Part shown: piece by piece, positions 1-8,445 of the stretch | How the letters are laid out: every line of letters begins with the position of its first letter | Position numbering within the stretch: the first letter of the stretch is position 1 | DNA from: an uncultured Planctomycetota bacterium | GTDB taxonomy: Bacteria > Planctomycetota > Planctomycetia > Isosphaerales > Isosphaeraceae | Assembly (NCBI GenBank): GCA_963737655.1 | Contig: CAVTTN010000002.1 | Location: forward strand, 992,001 to 1,056,000 | Length of the DNA stretch: 64,000 nucleotides | Direction of reading: 5' to 3' | Position numbers and translations under genes: made by a program | The notes under the pieces: generated by a model | The model's input: the letters and a program-made list of their open reading frames with translations, nothing else | What the model was told of the DNA's origin: nothing | The model's database searches: none

Positions 1-668
1 ACCGTCGGGCGGCCTTCGAACGGGTCGTCGGCGCGATATTCGCTCTCGACCCACCGGCGAAACCTCTGAGGAGAGTGGGCGAGGCCGCGCTCCCGGAGCC
101 ACCCGGCATACTCGCGGAACGGCTCGTGGAGCCGCTCCGGGCCGAACAGCGGCACATGGCCGTGACTCACGGTGAAGGCGTCCCAGGCGGTCTCGGGGGC
201 CTCGCCCAGGACGTCCATCCGATACAGGGCCGCCACCAAACCCGTCCGGTCCGAGCCCCACTTGCAATGGATCAGCAACGGGTACGGCGACCGATCGAAC
301 AGGGCCAGGATCGTCAGGAGCTCGCGACGGGTCGGCCGCCTCGTGGCCGACATGGGCAGGTCGTAGAACGCGACGCCGAGCCGGCCGGCGGTCTGGGCCT
401 CTTCGGCATAGAAGGCGTCGGACTCCGACCCGCCCCGCAAATTCACGACGGCCTTCAGGCCCAGGGCCCGGATCGTCGCCTCCAGGCCGCTCTGGGGTTG
501 GGCCGACCGATAGACCCGGCCCGGATCGACCACCCCGAAGTTCCCCTGGAACAACGGCCGGCGAAGCCCCACGGCGCAGGCCAGCAGCAGGACCGCGAAG
601 GCGGACAGACGGACAAGGCGCCCTCGCCGCCATCGAGACGGGCGGGGCTCGGGACCTTCGGCAAGCAT
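1..668 (-). CDS. Protein tyrosine / dual-specificity phosphatase family protein (3' end runs off the window; possible frameshift near 60)
   Basis: Manual translation from ATG at 668 (not in the ORF track): MLAEGPEPRPSRWRRGRLVRLSAFAVLLLACAVGL...NFGVVDPGRVYRSAQP...VVNLRG...PLLIHCKWGSDRTG. Contains the HCxxGxDRTG P-loop and an N-terminal hydrophobic anchor. Confidence 0.85.
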   Translation of the reverse strand, partial: MLAEGPEPRPSRWRRGRLVRLSAFAVLLLACAVGLRRPLFQGNFGVVDPGRVYRSAQPQSGLEATIRALGLKAVVNLRGGSESDAFYAEEAQTAGRLGVAFYDLPMSATRRPTRRELLTILALFDRSPYPLLIHCKWGSDRTGLVAALYRMDVLGEAPETAWDAFTVSHGHVPLFGPERLHEPFREYAGWLRERGLAHSPQRFRRWVESEYRADDPFEGRPT

Positions 669-801
669 GGGCCGTCCTGGCGAGCGAAATCCCGGGGACG
701 ACCGCCCGGTCGATGTCCCGAACCTCCTCGACCCCGGGCCGGTCAGTCTAGCGACGCCCGATCCCGGGTCAAGACCACTCGATTCTGCCCGACGGACCCG
801 A

Positions 802-830
802 TTGACGCGCCCGGCAGGCATTGATAAAGT
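802..830 (+). promoter_or_regulatory. Putative sigma70-type promoter for tRNA-Ser
   Basis: TTGACG (802-807), 17-nt spacer, TAAAGT (825-830), with a TGn extended -10; about 40 nt upstream of the tRNA. Confidence 0.6.
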
Positions 831-868
831 TCCCTACTGGGGTCGGCCCGCCGCCCCCAAGACTCGCG

Positions 869-957
869 GGAGAGGTGGCTGAGTGGTCGAAAGCGACGGT
901 TTGCTAAACCGTTAGGGTGGGAAACCGCCCTCGGGGGTTCGAATCCCCCCCTCTCCG
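869..957 (+). tRNA. tRNA-Ser (anticodon GCT), CCA not encoded
   Basis: GGAGAGG/CCTCTCC acceptor stem with G discriminator, D arm TGGCTGAGTGGTCGAAAGC, anticodon arm ACGGT-TTGCTAA-ACCGT, long variable arm, T arm GGGGG-TTCGAAT-CCCCC. Confidence 0.97.
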
Positions 958-982
958 TTTGGGAATCGATTGGAGCCGACAG

Positions 983-1031
983 GACACGCCCGACGCCCTC
1001 GATCACGAGGGTTTCGGGCGTGTCGGCGTTT
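983..1031 (+). terminator. Hairpin after the tRNA, probable terminator or processing stem
   Basis: GACACGCCCGA..CCCTCG ATCA CGAGGG..TCGGGCGTGTC stem followed by a short T run. Confidence 0.5.
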
Positions 1032-1262
1032 CCGGCCCCGCGAAGGCTTGATCCGCCAGGAGCCGACGGGTCCCTACGCTCCCCGATGCGTCCCTCGCCT
1101 CGGGCATCGGTGGCGTCGGAGATGCTCGCGGCATCGAGATGCGACGGGATCGCCTGACCTTCTCTTGATGGGTCGGAAGGACGCACTTCCCGGCGGGCTG
1201 ACCGTTCCCGAACCGAGGCCGTTGGGCTGGCCCATCGGGCCCGGACGGCTAGTGGATGCGTT

Positions 1263-3101
1263 GTGAAACGGTTGGAGTCGGCCGATTCGGATGGTCGATG
1301 GAGTAGATCGTGGAAGACAGGAGAGATGGGTCGGGACCGTCTTGCGGGTAAGGCGGGACCAAGGAGGAGAGCCGTGGACCCCACGATCGCGAAACCTCTG
1401 CGCAGATGGGCGAGCGTCGCGTTCGCCCTGGCCCTCGGGGGGCGTGCGAGCCTGGCCGCCGAGGCGCCGCCGGTGCCGAATCCGGCCCCGGGTGCGGCCC
1501 AGGCCGTTCGGCCCCCGGCACCGGCCGCTCCGGCGACGTCGGCCCCGGTCCCCGGCCCCTCGTCCGGCTCGTCGATCCCCGAGTCGCCGCCGACTCTGCT
1601 GGATCCGAGGAGCCAGCCGATCGACCTGAACACGACGTTGAGGCTCGCCGGGGTGCAGAACCCCGACTTGCTCCTGGCCCGGCAACGGGTCGTCGAGGCC
1701 GCCGCGCTCCGGCAACTGGCCGCCGCCCAGATCCTGCCGACGATCAACCTCGGGACCAACTACGACAGCCATACCGGCGTGTTGCAGCAGTCCAACGGCA
1801 ATATCTTGACCGTGAACCGAAGCGCCCTGTATGTCGGGGCCGGTGCCAACGCGGTCGCGGCCGGAACCGTGAACATCCCCGGCGTGGTCCTGTCCGGGAA
1901 CATCGCCGAGGGGGTCTATGCGTTCCTCGGGGCCCGTCAGGTGGTCCGGGAGCGGGAATTCGCGAGCCTGGCGGTGCGGAACCAGGTGTTCCTGAGGGCC
2001 GCCTCGGCCTATAGCGAGCTGATCCGGGCCGAGGGCAGGCGGGCGATCGCCGTCCAGACGCGGGATGAATCCAAGGAAGTGGCCCGGCTCACGGCCGATT
2101 ACGCCTCGCAGGGCCTGGGCCGGCAAGCCGACGCCGACCGGGCCGCCACCGAGCTCGCCCAGCGTGAGGCGAACGTCCAGCAGGCCGAGGGGGAAGTCCT
2201 GACGACCTCCGCGCGGCTCGCGGCGGTCCTGAACCTCGATCCCTCGATCCGCCTGCATCCCACGGACGCCTTCGCCGTGCCGATGCCGATCATCCCCGAC
2301 CCCACGCCCCTGGCCGAGCTCGTCGCGGTCGCCCTCTTGAGGCGGCCGGAGCTGGGCGAGAGGCGGGCCGTGATCCGCGAGGCGCTCCTGGCCCTGGAAG
2401 GGTCGAAGGTCCTGCCGTTCTCGCCGACGGTGCTCGTCGGGTTCAGCTCCGGCGGCTTCGGGGGCGGCTCGAACCTGGTCAAGCCGGTCTTCGGCGGGTT
2501 CGGCTATCGGTCGGACTTCGACACCGTGGCCTACTGGTCGATCCGCAACATGGGCGTGGGCAACCTCGCGTTGATCCGCGTGGCCGACGCGAACCTGAAA
2601 TCGACCCGGTTCCAGGAGATCGGGGTCTTGAACCTCGTCCGCTCCGAGGTGGCCGAGGCGTACGCGAAGACCCATGCCCGGTTCGCCCAGATCGGGACGA
2701 CGGAGATGGCCGTGCGGTCGGGCCTGAACGCGTTCCGCGAGGACTACGACCGGATCAAGCTCCGGGCCCAGAGGGACGTCCTGCCGATCGAGCTGCTGGA
2801 CAGCCTGAGGCTGCTGGCCCGGTCTCGGGCGGCGTACCTCGACGCGATCGTGGATTTCAACATCGCCGAGTTCGAGCTGTTCGTGGCGATGGGCCAGCCC
2901 CCGGCGGACGCCCTGGCCCGCCCGGTCCCGGCCGAAGGGATCGCGCCGAGCAACATCCCGGGCCCGGTATCCCCCCCCCCGGCCGGCCCGAATCCCGCGG
3001 CCCCCGCGCCGTTCGCGGCGCCTGGCGGGAACACCCTCGGAGGCACCCCGGCGCGATCCGGCGAGGTCCGTCGCGCATCGATGGCAACGATCCGTCGCTG
3101 A
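1263..3101 (+). CDS. TolC-family outer-membrane efflux protein (true start may be at 1327 or later)
   Basis: Signal-like segment and Pro/Ala-rich linker, then IDLNTTLRLAGVQNPDLLLARQRV, ALLRRPEL, and C-terminal ELLDSLRLLARSRAAYLDAIVDFNIAEFELFVAMG, all typical of OEP repeats. Confidence 0.9.
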   Translation: MKRLESADSDGRWSRSWKTGEMGRDRLAGKAGPRRRAVDPTIAKPLRRWASVAFALALGGRASLAAEAPPVPNPAPGAAQAVRPPAPAAPATSAPVPGPSSGSSIPESPPTLLDPRSQPIDLNTTLRLAGVQNPDLLLARQRVVEAAALRQLAAAQILPTINLGTNYDSHTGVLQQSNGNILTVNRSALYVGAGANAVAAGTVNIPGVVLSGNIAEGVYAFLGARQVVREREFASLAVRNQVFLRAASAYSELIRAEGRRAIAVQTRDESKEVARLTADYASQGLGRQADADRAATELAQREANVQQAEGEVLTTSARLAAVLNLDPSIRLHPTDAFAVPMPIIPDPTPLAELVAVALLRRPELGERRAVIREALLALEGSKVLPFSPTVLVGFSSGGFGGGSNLVKPVFGGFGYRSDFDTVAYWSIRNMGVGNLALIRVADANLKSTRFQEIGVLNLVRSEVAEAYAKTHARFAQIGTTEMAVRSGLNAFREDYDRIKLRAQRDVLPIELLDSLRLLARSRAAYLDAIVDFNIAEFELFVAMGQPPADALARPVPAEGIAPSNIPGPVSPPPAGPNPAAPAPFAAPGGNTLGGTPARSGEVRRASMATIRR

Positions 3102-3151
3102 GGATCGAGGGCGACGTCCGAATATCTCATCTCTCAGGAGGAGAGGATCTG

Positions 3152-4882
3152 ATGAGCGCGACCCGCCGTCCGGGGGGATGGCCGAGGTATGCCCGGCGAC
3201 TGTCTCGATCGCTCTCGGGCGTCCTGACCGTCGCCTCGCTGGCCGGGTGCATGGTCCATCGGGCGAGCCCCCTGGGGCCGCCCGGCCCGGAGGTCGGCAC
3301 GGCCGCCCGGGACGCGGAGCCGGGCGACCCCGCCCGCGACGTGGACGTCAGGCCGACCGCCGCCCAGGCCCCGGCCCCGCCGCCTCCCGAGGCCCGACCG
3401 GCCGGCCCGCCCCCGGCCGAGGCGGTCCCCGGCCCCTCGGCCCCGCAGCCGGTCCCCCCGGCCCCGAGGACCGACCCGCCCGATACCCCCGCCGTCCCCC
3501 CCCCGGCGATGGAATACCCGATCGACCTGTCCACCGCCCTGCGGCTGGCCGACGCCGAGAACCCGAGGATCGCCGAGGCGAGGACGCAAATCCTCTCGGC
3601 CCTGGCGTTGCAGACCGGGGCCCGCGCCCTGCTCCTGCCGACCCTCAACGCGGGAACCAACTATCACGGCCACATCGGCAACCTCCAGAGATCCTCGGGC
3701 CGGATTCTGAGCCTCTCGGAGCAGTCGCTGTATGTCGGCGGCGGTGCCCGGACGCTCGCGGCCGAATCACTGGGCATCCCCGCCGTGAACATCACCAGCC
3801 CGATCACCGAGGCCCTGTTCGAGCCCCTGGCGGCCCGGCAGAACCTCGACGGGGCGCGGTTCCGCGTGGCCGCCACGACCAACGCCGTCCTCCTGGAAGT
3901 GGCGCTGCTCCAGGTCGATCTGATCGCCGCCGACGCGGCGTTGCAGATGCTCCGCCGGTCGGAATCCGAGGCCCGGGAGATCGCCCGGACGGTCGTCGAG
4001 TACGCCGAAGCGGGCCGGGGCCGGCAGGCCGACGCCGACCGGGCCGAGACCGACTTGCGGCTCCTCCGCTCCGAGGTCCAGAGGGCCGAGGAAGAGGTGG
4101 CCGTGGCGTCCGCCCGGCTCTGCCGGAGGCTCAACCTCGACCCGGCCATCCGCCTCCGCCCCCTGGCCGGGCCTCTGGAGCCGTTCGAGCTCGTCGATCC
4201 CCACCGATCGACCGAGGAGCTCCTGAGCATCGCCCTGAACCGCCGGCCCGAGATGGGCGCGGCCGGGGCCGCCATCGGAGTGGCCGAGACGAGGTATCGT
4301 GAGGAGAGGGTCCGGCCGTTCCTCCCCCTGTTCTGGATGGGCGTCAGCGGAGGCGGATTCGGGGGCGGGAGCAACCTCGTCCAGCCCCTGCTCGGCAATT
4401 TCGGCGGCCGGACCGATTTCGACGTCCGGGCGATCTGGACGTTGCAGAACCTCGGGCTGGGGAACCTCTCCCAGCAGAAGAGGCGGAGGGCCATGGTCGG
4501 CCAGGCCCAGGCCGAGCAGTCGCGGACGGTCAACACGATCCGCCGGGAAGTCGCCCAGGCCCAGGCCGTGGCGATCGCCCAGGTCCAGCCGATCGAGCAG
4601 GCCCGCCGCGGCCTGAGGCTGGCCGAGGAAGGGTTCCGGGACGACCTGACCCGGACTCGCAACGCCCAGGGCCGTCCCCTGGAAGTCCTCAACAGCCTGA
4701 GCCTGGTGACCCGCGCGAGGCTGGACCTGGTCCGCGCCGTCACGGCGTTGAATCAGGCGCAACTCGCCCTGTTCGTGTCGCTCGGCTCGCCCCCTCCGGT
4801 CGAAGGGCCGCCGGGCCCGCCTCCGGGAGGCCCGCCTCCGGTCTCCACCCCGTTGCATTCGCCGATCGTCTCGGGGGGCTGA
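3152..4882 (+). CDS. TolC-family outer-membrane efflux lipoprotein (paralogue of the upstream gene)
   Basis: Lipobox LAGC; IDLSTALRLADAENPRIAEAR, ALNRRPEM and GGFGGGSNLV shared with the upstream TolC. Confidence 0.9.
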   Translation: MSATRRPGGWPRYARRLSRSLSGVLTVASLAGCMVHRASPLGPPGPEVGTAARDAEPGDPARDVDVRPTAAQAPAPPPPEARPAGPPPAEAVPGPSAPQPVPPAPRTDPPDTPAVPPPAMEYPIDLSTALRLADAENPRIAEARTQILSALALQTGARALLLPTLNAGTNYHGHIGNLQRSSGRILSLSEQSLYVGGGARTLAAESLGIPAVNITSPITEALFEPLAARQNLDGARFRVAATTNAVLLEVALLQVDLIAADAALQMLRRSESEAREIARTVVEYAEAGRGRQADADRAETDLRLLRSEVQRAEEEVAVASARLCRRLNLDPAIRLRPLAGPLEPFELVDPHRSTEELLSIALNRRPEMGAAGAAIGVAETRYREERVRPFLPLFWMGVSGGGFGGGSNLVQPLLGNFGGRTDFDVRAIWTLQNLGLGNLSQQKRRRAMVGQAQAEQSRTVNTIRREVAQAQAVAIAQVQPIEQARRGLRLAEEGFRDDLTRTRNAQGRPLEVLNSLSLVTRARLDLVRAVTALNQAQLALFVSLGSPPPVEGPPGPPPGGPPPVSTPLHSPIVSGG

Positions 4883-4902
4883 CCCGGACCGTCGCATGCC
4901 AT

Positions 4903-4927
4903 GTAGGGTGCATGAAATGCACCCTAC
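4903..4927. repeat. GTAG-type REP palindrome
   Basis: GTAGGGTGCA-TGAAA-TGCACCCTAC, between convergent genes; related copies at 31074, 31100, 38831, 50960 and 51074. Confidence 0.8.
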
Positions 4928-4982
4928 GGGTCGGCGTGAAGACGGTTCATGTCGTTCGCGCCAGGAGATCGGCAGCCTCGGC

Positions 4983-5696
4983 TCACTTCCTCGCCGGGCC
5001 GACCCTCAGGATCGGGAACGCGGCGATGAGCTGGTGGCCGAACGGGTCGATGATCTCGTACTCGGTGTTGGTGAGGAAGTCGGTGAGGGTCAGGTTGTAC
5101 GAGAAGCGGCCCTGGGCGTCGGTGGCGAGGGCCTTGCCGTTGAAGGCGTAGTTGCCGGTTCCGTTGTCGGTGAAGACGATCGAGCCGGGGGTGGTCTGGC
5201 CCTCGATCGTGATGTGATCCAAGCGTGTGATCCCGCCGGAGTTGTGGATTCCGGTATGCTGGACCCCTTGCCCGGGGGCCAGGGCGATCTTGACCCTCAA
5301 GGGGATGTCGGCCGTCAGCGGCTGTTCGTGGCGGACGAGGTACTGGGCGTCGCCGTGGCCGATGAAGCCGTTGTGGTTGAAGTCGTAACTGGGGTTGTAG
5401 AAGCCGCTGCCCTTGGTGCTCAGGTAGGCGACGCTGAACGTCCTGAGGTCGGCCAGGGTGAACTCGCCGTTGGGTCCGGTGCCGGGCGACGAGGCGGGCA
5501 CGGTGGGGACGGCGTGGGTGTGGACGTGGGCGCGGGCCTGGTGTTTCGGCGCGGAGGCGTCGGGGGCCGCCGAGACGGGCGGGGCGACCTCGGCGGAGGC
5601 CGCCGCGGCGGGCGGGGTGATCGCCGAGGCGCTCAGGGCCAGCCGGCCTTCCAGGGCTTCGAGGCCGGGGCGCGGCCGGGCGAATCGTGACCTCAT
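4983..5696 (-). CDS. Secreted-type protein with planctomycete 'LE..R.LL' N-terminal motif and a dockerin/EF-hand-like loop
   Basis: MRSRFARPRPGLEALEGRLALS; YNPSYDFNHNGFIGHGD; Ig-like beta-rich C-terminus; GGAGG upstream of the ATG. Confidence 0.75.
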   Translation of the reverse strand: MRSRFARPRPGLEALEGRLALSASAITPPAAAASAEVAPPVSAAPDASAPKHQARAHVHTHAVPTVPASSPGTGPNGEFTLADLRTFSVAYLSTKGSGFYNPSYDFNHNGFIGHGDAQYLVRHEQPLTADIPLRVKIALAPGQGVQHTGIHNSGGITRLDHITIEGQTTPGSIVFTDNGTGNYAFNGKALATDAQGRFSYNLTLTDFLTNTEYEIIDPFGHQLIAAFPILRVGPARK

Positions 5697-5791
5697 GGCG
5701 ACCTCCGTGTAAGACCCCGGCGCGGCTCGAGGCGCCGGGGCTCTACCAATTTGGGGCACGGATCGCGGCCCGTCCAACCGTGGGCGGGCGA

Positions 5792-7222
5792 TCAATGGGC
5801 CGGCTTTGCCGATTCTCCGCCCTGGGCCTGTTCCACCTCCACCGCCATGTTGTCGGCCAGGGCGCCGTTGTATTTGATGACGACCTCGTCCTCGGCCCCC
5901 AGGCCCGAGGCGATCTCGGCGGCCACGCCGTTATCCAGGGCCACGACGACCGGGGTCTTGTGGAGCTTGCCGTCGCGGACCACGTAGACGAACCCCTTGC
6001 CCTCGCTGCCTTCGAACAGGGCCGAGGACGGGACCGACAGGTTCTTCGACGCCGGCTCCAGGACGATCGTCACCCCGCCGTACATCCCCTCGCGCAAGAG
6101 GTTGTCCGAGTTGGGCAGGTCGATCTCGGTCCTCATGGTCCGATTGCCGGGGTCCTGCGAGTAGGAGAAGCGGGAGACCGTCCCCTTGAACTCGCGGCCG
6201 GGGAGGCTGTCGATGTGGACGATGGCCGGGTCGCCCACGTCGACCAGGGGGACGTCGGGATCGGGGACCTGGACGACCACGCGCACCTTGTCGATCCGGG
6301 CCACCGAGAGGATCGGCTTCTCGTTGCCGTCGGAGGCCGAGCGGATGAAGGCGCCGGGGTGGAAGTTGCGGAGGGTCACCACGCCGTCGTAGGGCGAGAC
6401 GATCTTGGTGTACCCGACCAGGACCTTGGCCTTGTCCAGGGCGGCCTGGGCGACCTCGACGTTGGACTTGGCGCCGACGAGGTCGGCCTGGGCCTGCTCG
6501 ACCTTGGCCTGGGCCTCGGCCACCGAGGCGTCGGCCGAGAGGACTCCGGCCTCGGCGGCGTGATAGTCGGCGATCGAGGCGTCGTACTTGTCCTGCTCCT
6601 CGTCCTGGAGTTGCTCCTCGACGGCGTGCCGGAGGACCAGCCCCTTGATCCTCTCGAACTGCTTCTTGCGATATTCTCGGGAGGACTTGCGCCTCTCCAG
6701 CTCGCTCCGGGCGGTGGCGACGTTGGCGACGGCGGTCTTCTTCATGGCGTCGGCGGTGCGGACGTGGGCCTCGGCCTGGGTGACGGCGGCCTGGGCCTGA
6801 TCGACGGCGGCCTTGGCCTGGTCCTGGGCCTTGACCAGCTCGGGGTCCTCGATCTCGGCGAGCTCCTGGTGGGCCTTGACCGGGGAGCCGATGTCCACGC
6901 TCTGGGACTTCATGTAGCCGGAGACCTTGGCATAGAGGTCCGCGGCCTCGAAGGCGCGGACGTCTCCGGGCTGCTGGACCACCCGCTCGATGCCGTGGGG
7001 AGTCGGCCGAGAGACGGTGACCTTGGTGACGCCGGTGTGCGACCCTTCGCCGGCCTCGGCGGACTTGCGGCTCTTGCTGGCCACGCCGAAATACCAGGCC
7101 GCCCCGGCCCCTCCGGCCAGGATGGCCAGGCCGAGGAACAACCAGATCCCCGAACCCTTCTTCTTCGCCGTCACCGTCGTTCGGGGCCGTTCGGCCGCCG
7201 GAGCAATTGCCTGGTCCGCCAC
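5792..7222 (-). CDS. RND efflux periplasmic adaptor (membrane fusion protein)
   Basis: N-terminal TM, LYAKVSGY, long coiled coil, YTKIVSPYDGVVTLRN, RTMRTEIDLPN, LREGMYG. Start placed at GTG 7222; the ORF is open to 7291. Confidence 0.92.
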   Translation of the reverse strand: MADQAIAPAAERPRTTVTAKKKGSGIWLFLGLAILAGGAGAAWYFGVASKSRKSAEAGEGSHTGVTKVTVSRPTPHGIERVVQQPGDVRAFEAADLYAKVSGYMKSQSVDIGSPVKAHQELAEIEDPELVKAQDQAKAAVDQAQAAVTQAEAHVRTADAMKKTAVANVATARSELERRKSSREYRKKQFERIKGLVLRHAVEEQLQDEEQDKYDASIADYHAAEAGVLSADASVAEAQAKVEQAQADLVGAKSNVEVAQAALDKAKVLVGYTKIVSPYDGVVTLRNFHPGAFIRSASDGNEKPILSVARIDKVRVVVQVPDPDVPLVDVGDPAIVHIDSLPGREFKGTVSRFSYSQDPGNRTMRTEIDLPNSDNLLREGMYGGVTIVLEPASKNLSVPSSALFEGSEGKGFVYVVRDGKLHKTPVVVALDNGVAAEIASGLGAEDEVVIKYNGALADNMAVEVEQAQGGESAKPAH

Positions 7223-7378
7223 GAGAGTACCCTCATTCCGAAGAATGGTCCGTTCCGACCCGTTCCCTGAAGGCCCCGGTCGCGCCCTCACGAGAGGGAG
7301 GAGGAGCCAGACGGCATGGACGCGAGGGCCCGATTGGCTCGGGGTCCTCCGCGGCGAGATCGTGGGCGAGCGCCCGTC

Positions 7379-7726
7379 TCAGCAACGCCGATGAAGGCGG
7401 GGGGGGTCGCTGGGGACGTGGGCCGGGTCTCCGGGCCTCGCCAGGAGGCCGTGAGACCCGTCGGAAAGCAGCAAGGGCCGGGCCCATCGGCCCGGTCCCT
7501 GGAGAGCATCCTCGTCGCCGGTCTCCTCCTCGGAGATCAATGCCGAGAAACGGAGGCGGAGCGGCCGGCCGCCCAGGCCGGCGACACGGCGGCCGAACGA
7601 CGGTTCCCCCTGGCGGACCGCCGAGGCGGGGCGAGGGCCGTCGGCCCGGACGCCGACCCGGGGCGGGGCCGAGGCGAGCACGGCCGCCACGACCAGGCAC
7701 CAGGCGATCGTCGGGGACCTCCTCAT
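7379..7726 (-). CDS. Small leader-like ORF (about 115 aa) upstream of the MFP gene, ending PPRLHRRC
   Basis: MRRSPTIAWCLVVAAVLASA signal-like N-terminus, acidic patch EEETGDED, C-terminal RC-stop. Mirrors the ORF at 7973-8314. Confidence 0.55.
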   Translation of the reverse strand: MRRSPTIAWCLVVAAVLASAPPRVGVRADGPRPASAVRQGEPSFGRRVAGLGGRPLRLRFSALISEEETGDEDALQGPGRWARPLLLSDGSHGLLARPGDPAHVPSDPPRLHRRC

Positions 7727-7972
7727 CGGCATGACCGGACTCCTGACCGACTCGCGCCGCCCCGGCATTCCGGGGCTTCGGGCCGGGCTTCGTCGCCGAT
7801 CCGGTCGCGAGGGGCCGGATCGCCGCTTGACCTTTCCAGTCTACTCGGCTCCAATGGAGGAGATCAAGACGACCTGGGGCGCCCGGCCTTCCCAGAGCCT
7901 TCCGATCGCCCGGTCGGACGTCCCTGCCGGCCCCGGTGCCCGGCCCTCTCGGCCTCGATCCTTCGGGTTTCG

Positions 7973-8314
7973 ATGCGAACCGTCGCCCTGCCCATCCTGC
8001 TCGCGGTCCTCATCGCCCTGCCGATGTCGGTCCTGATCCGCCAGGCGGACGCCAGGGGGACGGCGGCCCCTCGACCCGGGGCGTGGACCGAGGGTCAGTC
8101 CAAGCCGGTGAAGAGGCCGAGGCATCGCGGGACCTCCCCGCCGAGGGCCACGGCCCTGGTCTCCCGGGCGGCGATCGGCCGGAGGGCCGACGGCCCGTCG
8201 TTCGCGTCGCCCCGGCTGCGGAGGCCGTTCCCCGCCTCGGCCCGACGTTCGATCGCCTCGGCTCGCGAGGCGAGGCCCTCTCGCCTTTCCCCCCCCACCC
8301 CTCTCCGGTGCTAG
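7973..8314 (+). CDS. Small leader-like ORF (113 aa) upstream of the RND permease, ending PPTPLRC
   Basis: MRTVALPILLAVLIALPMSVLI signal-like N-terminus, Arg/Pro-rich body, C-terminal LRC-stop about 130 nt before the RND ATG. Confidence 0.55.
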   Translation: MRTVALPILLAVLIALPMSVLIRQADARGTAAPRPGAWTEGQSKPVKRPRHRGTSPPRATALVSRAAIGRRADGPSFASPRLRRPFPASARRSIASAREARPSRLSPPTPLRC

Positions 8315-8445
8315 GGCGCTCGAATCGCCATCGCGGCCGGGCCCGTTGCGCCCGCCGCGCCCCCGTCGCGCCCCGCGACGGCCCCGAGTTTCCGCGTGCG
8401 CTTCCAGACCGCATCCAGCCCGAGGCCGGTGAGGACTCCCCGTCC

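Noticed and set aside
869..957. tRNA-Ser as the integration site of a genomic island
   Set aside because: No integrase and no duplicate of the tRNA 3' end seen in the window; downstream genes have host-like composition.
7827..7855. Sigma70 promoter TTGACC-N17-TCCAAT for the leader-RND unit
   Set aside because: The -10 lacks the conserved A at its second position; too weak to call without TSS data.
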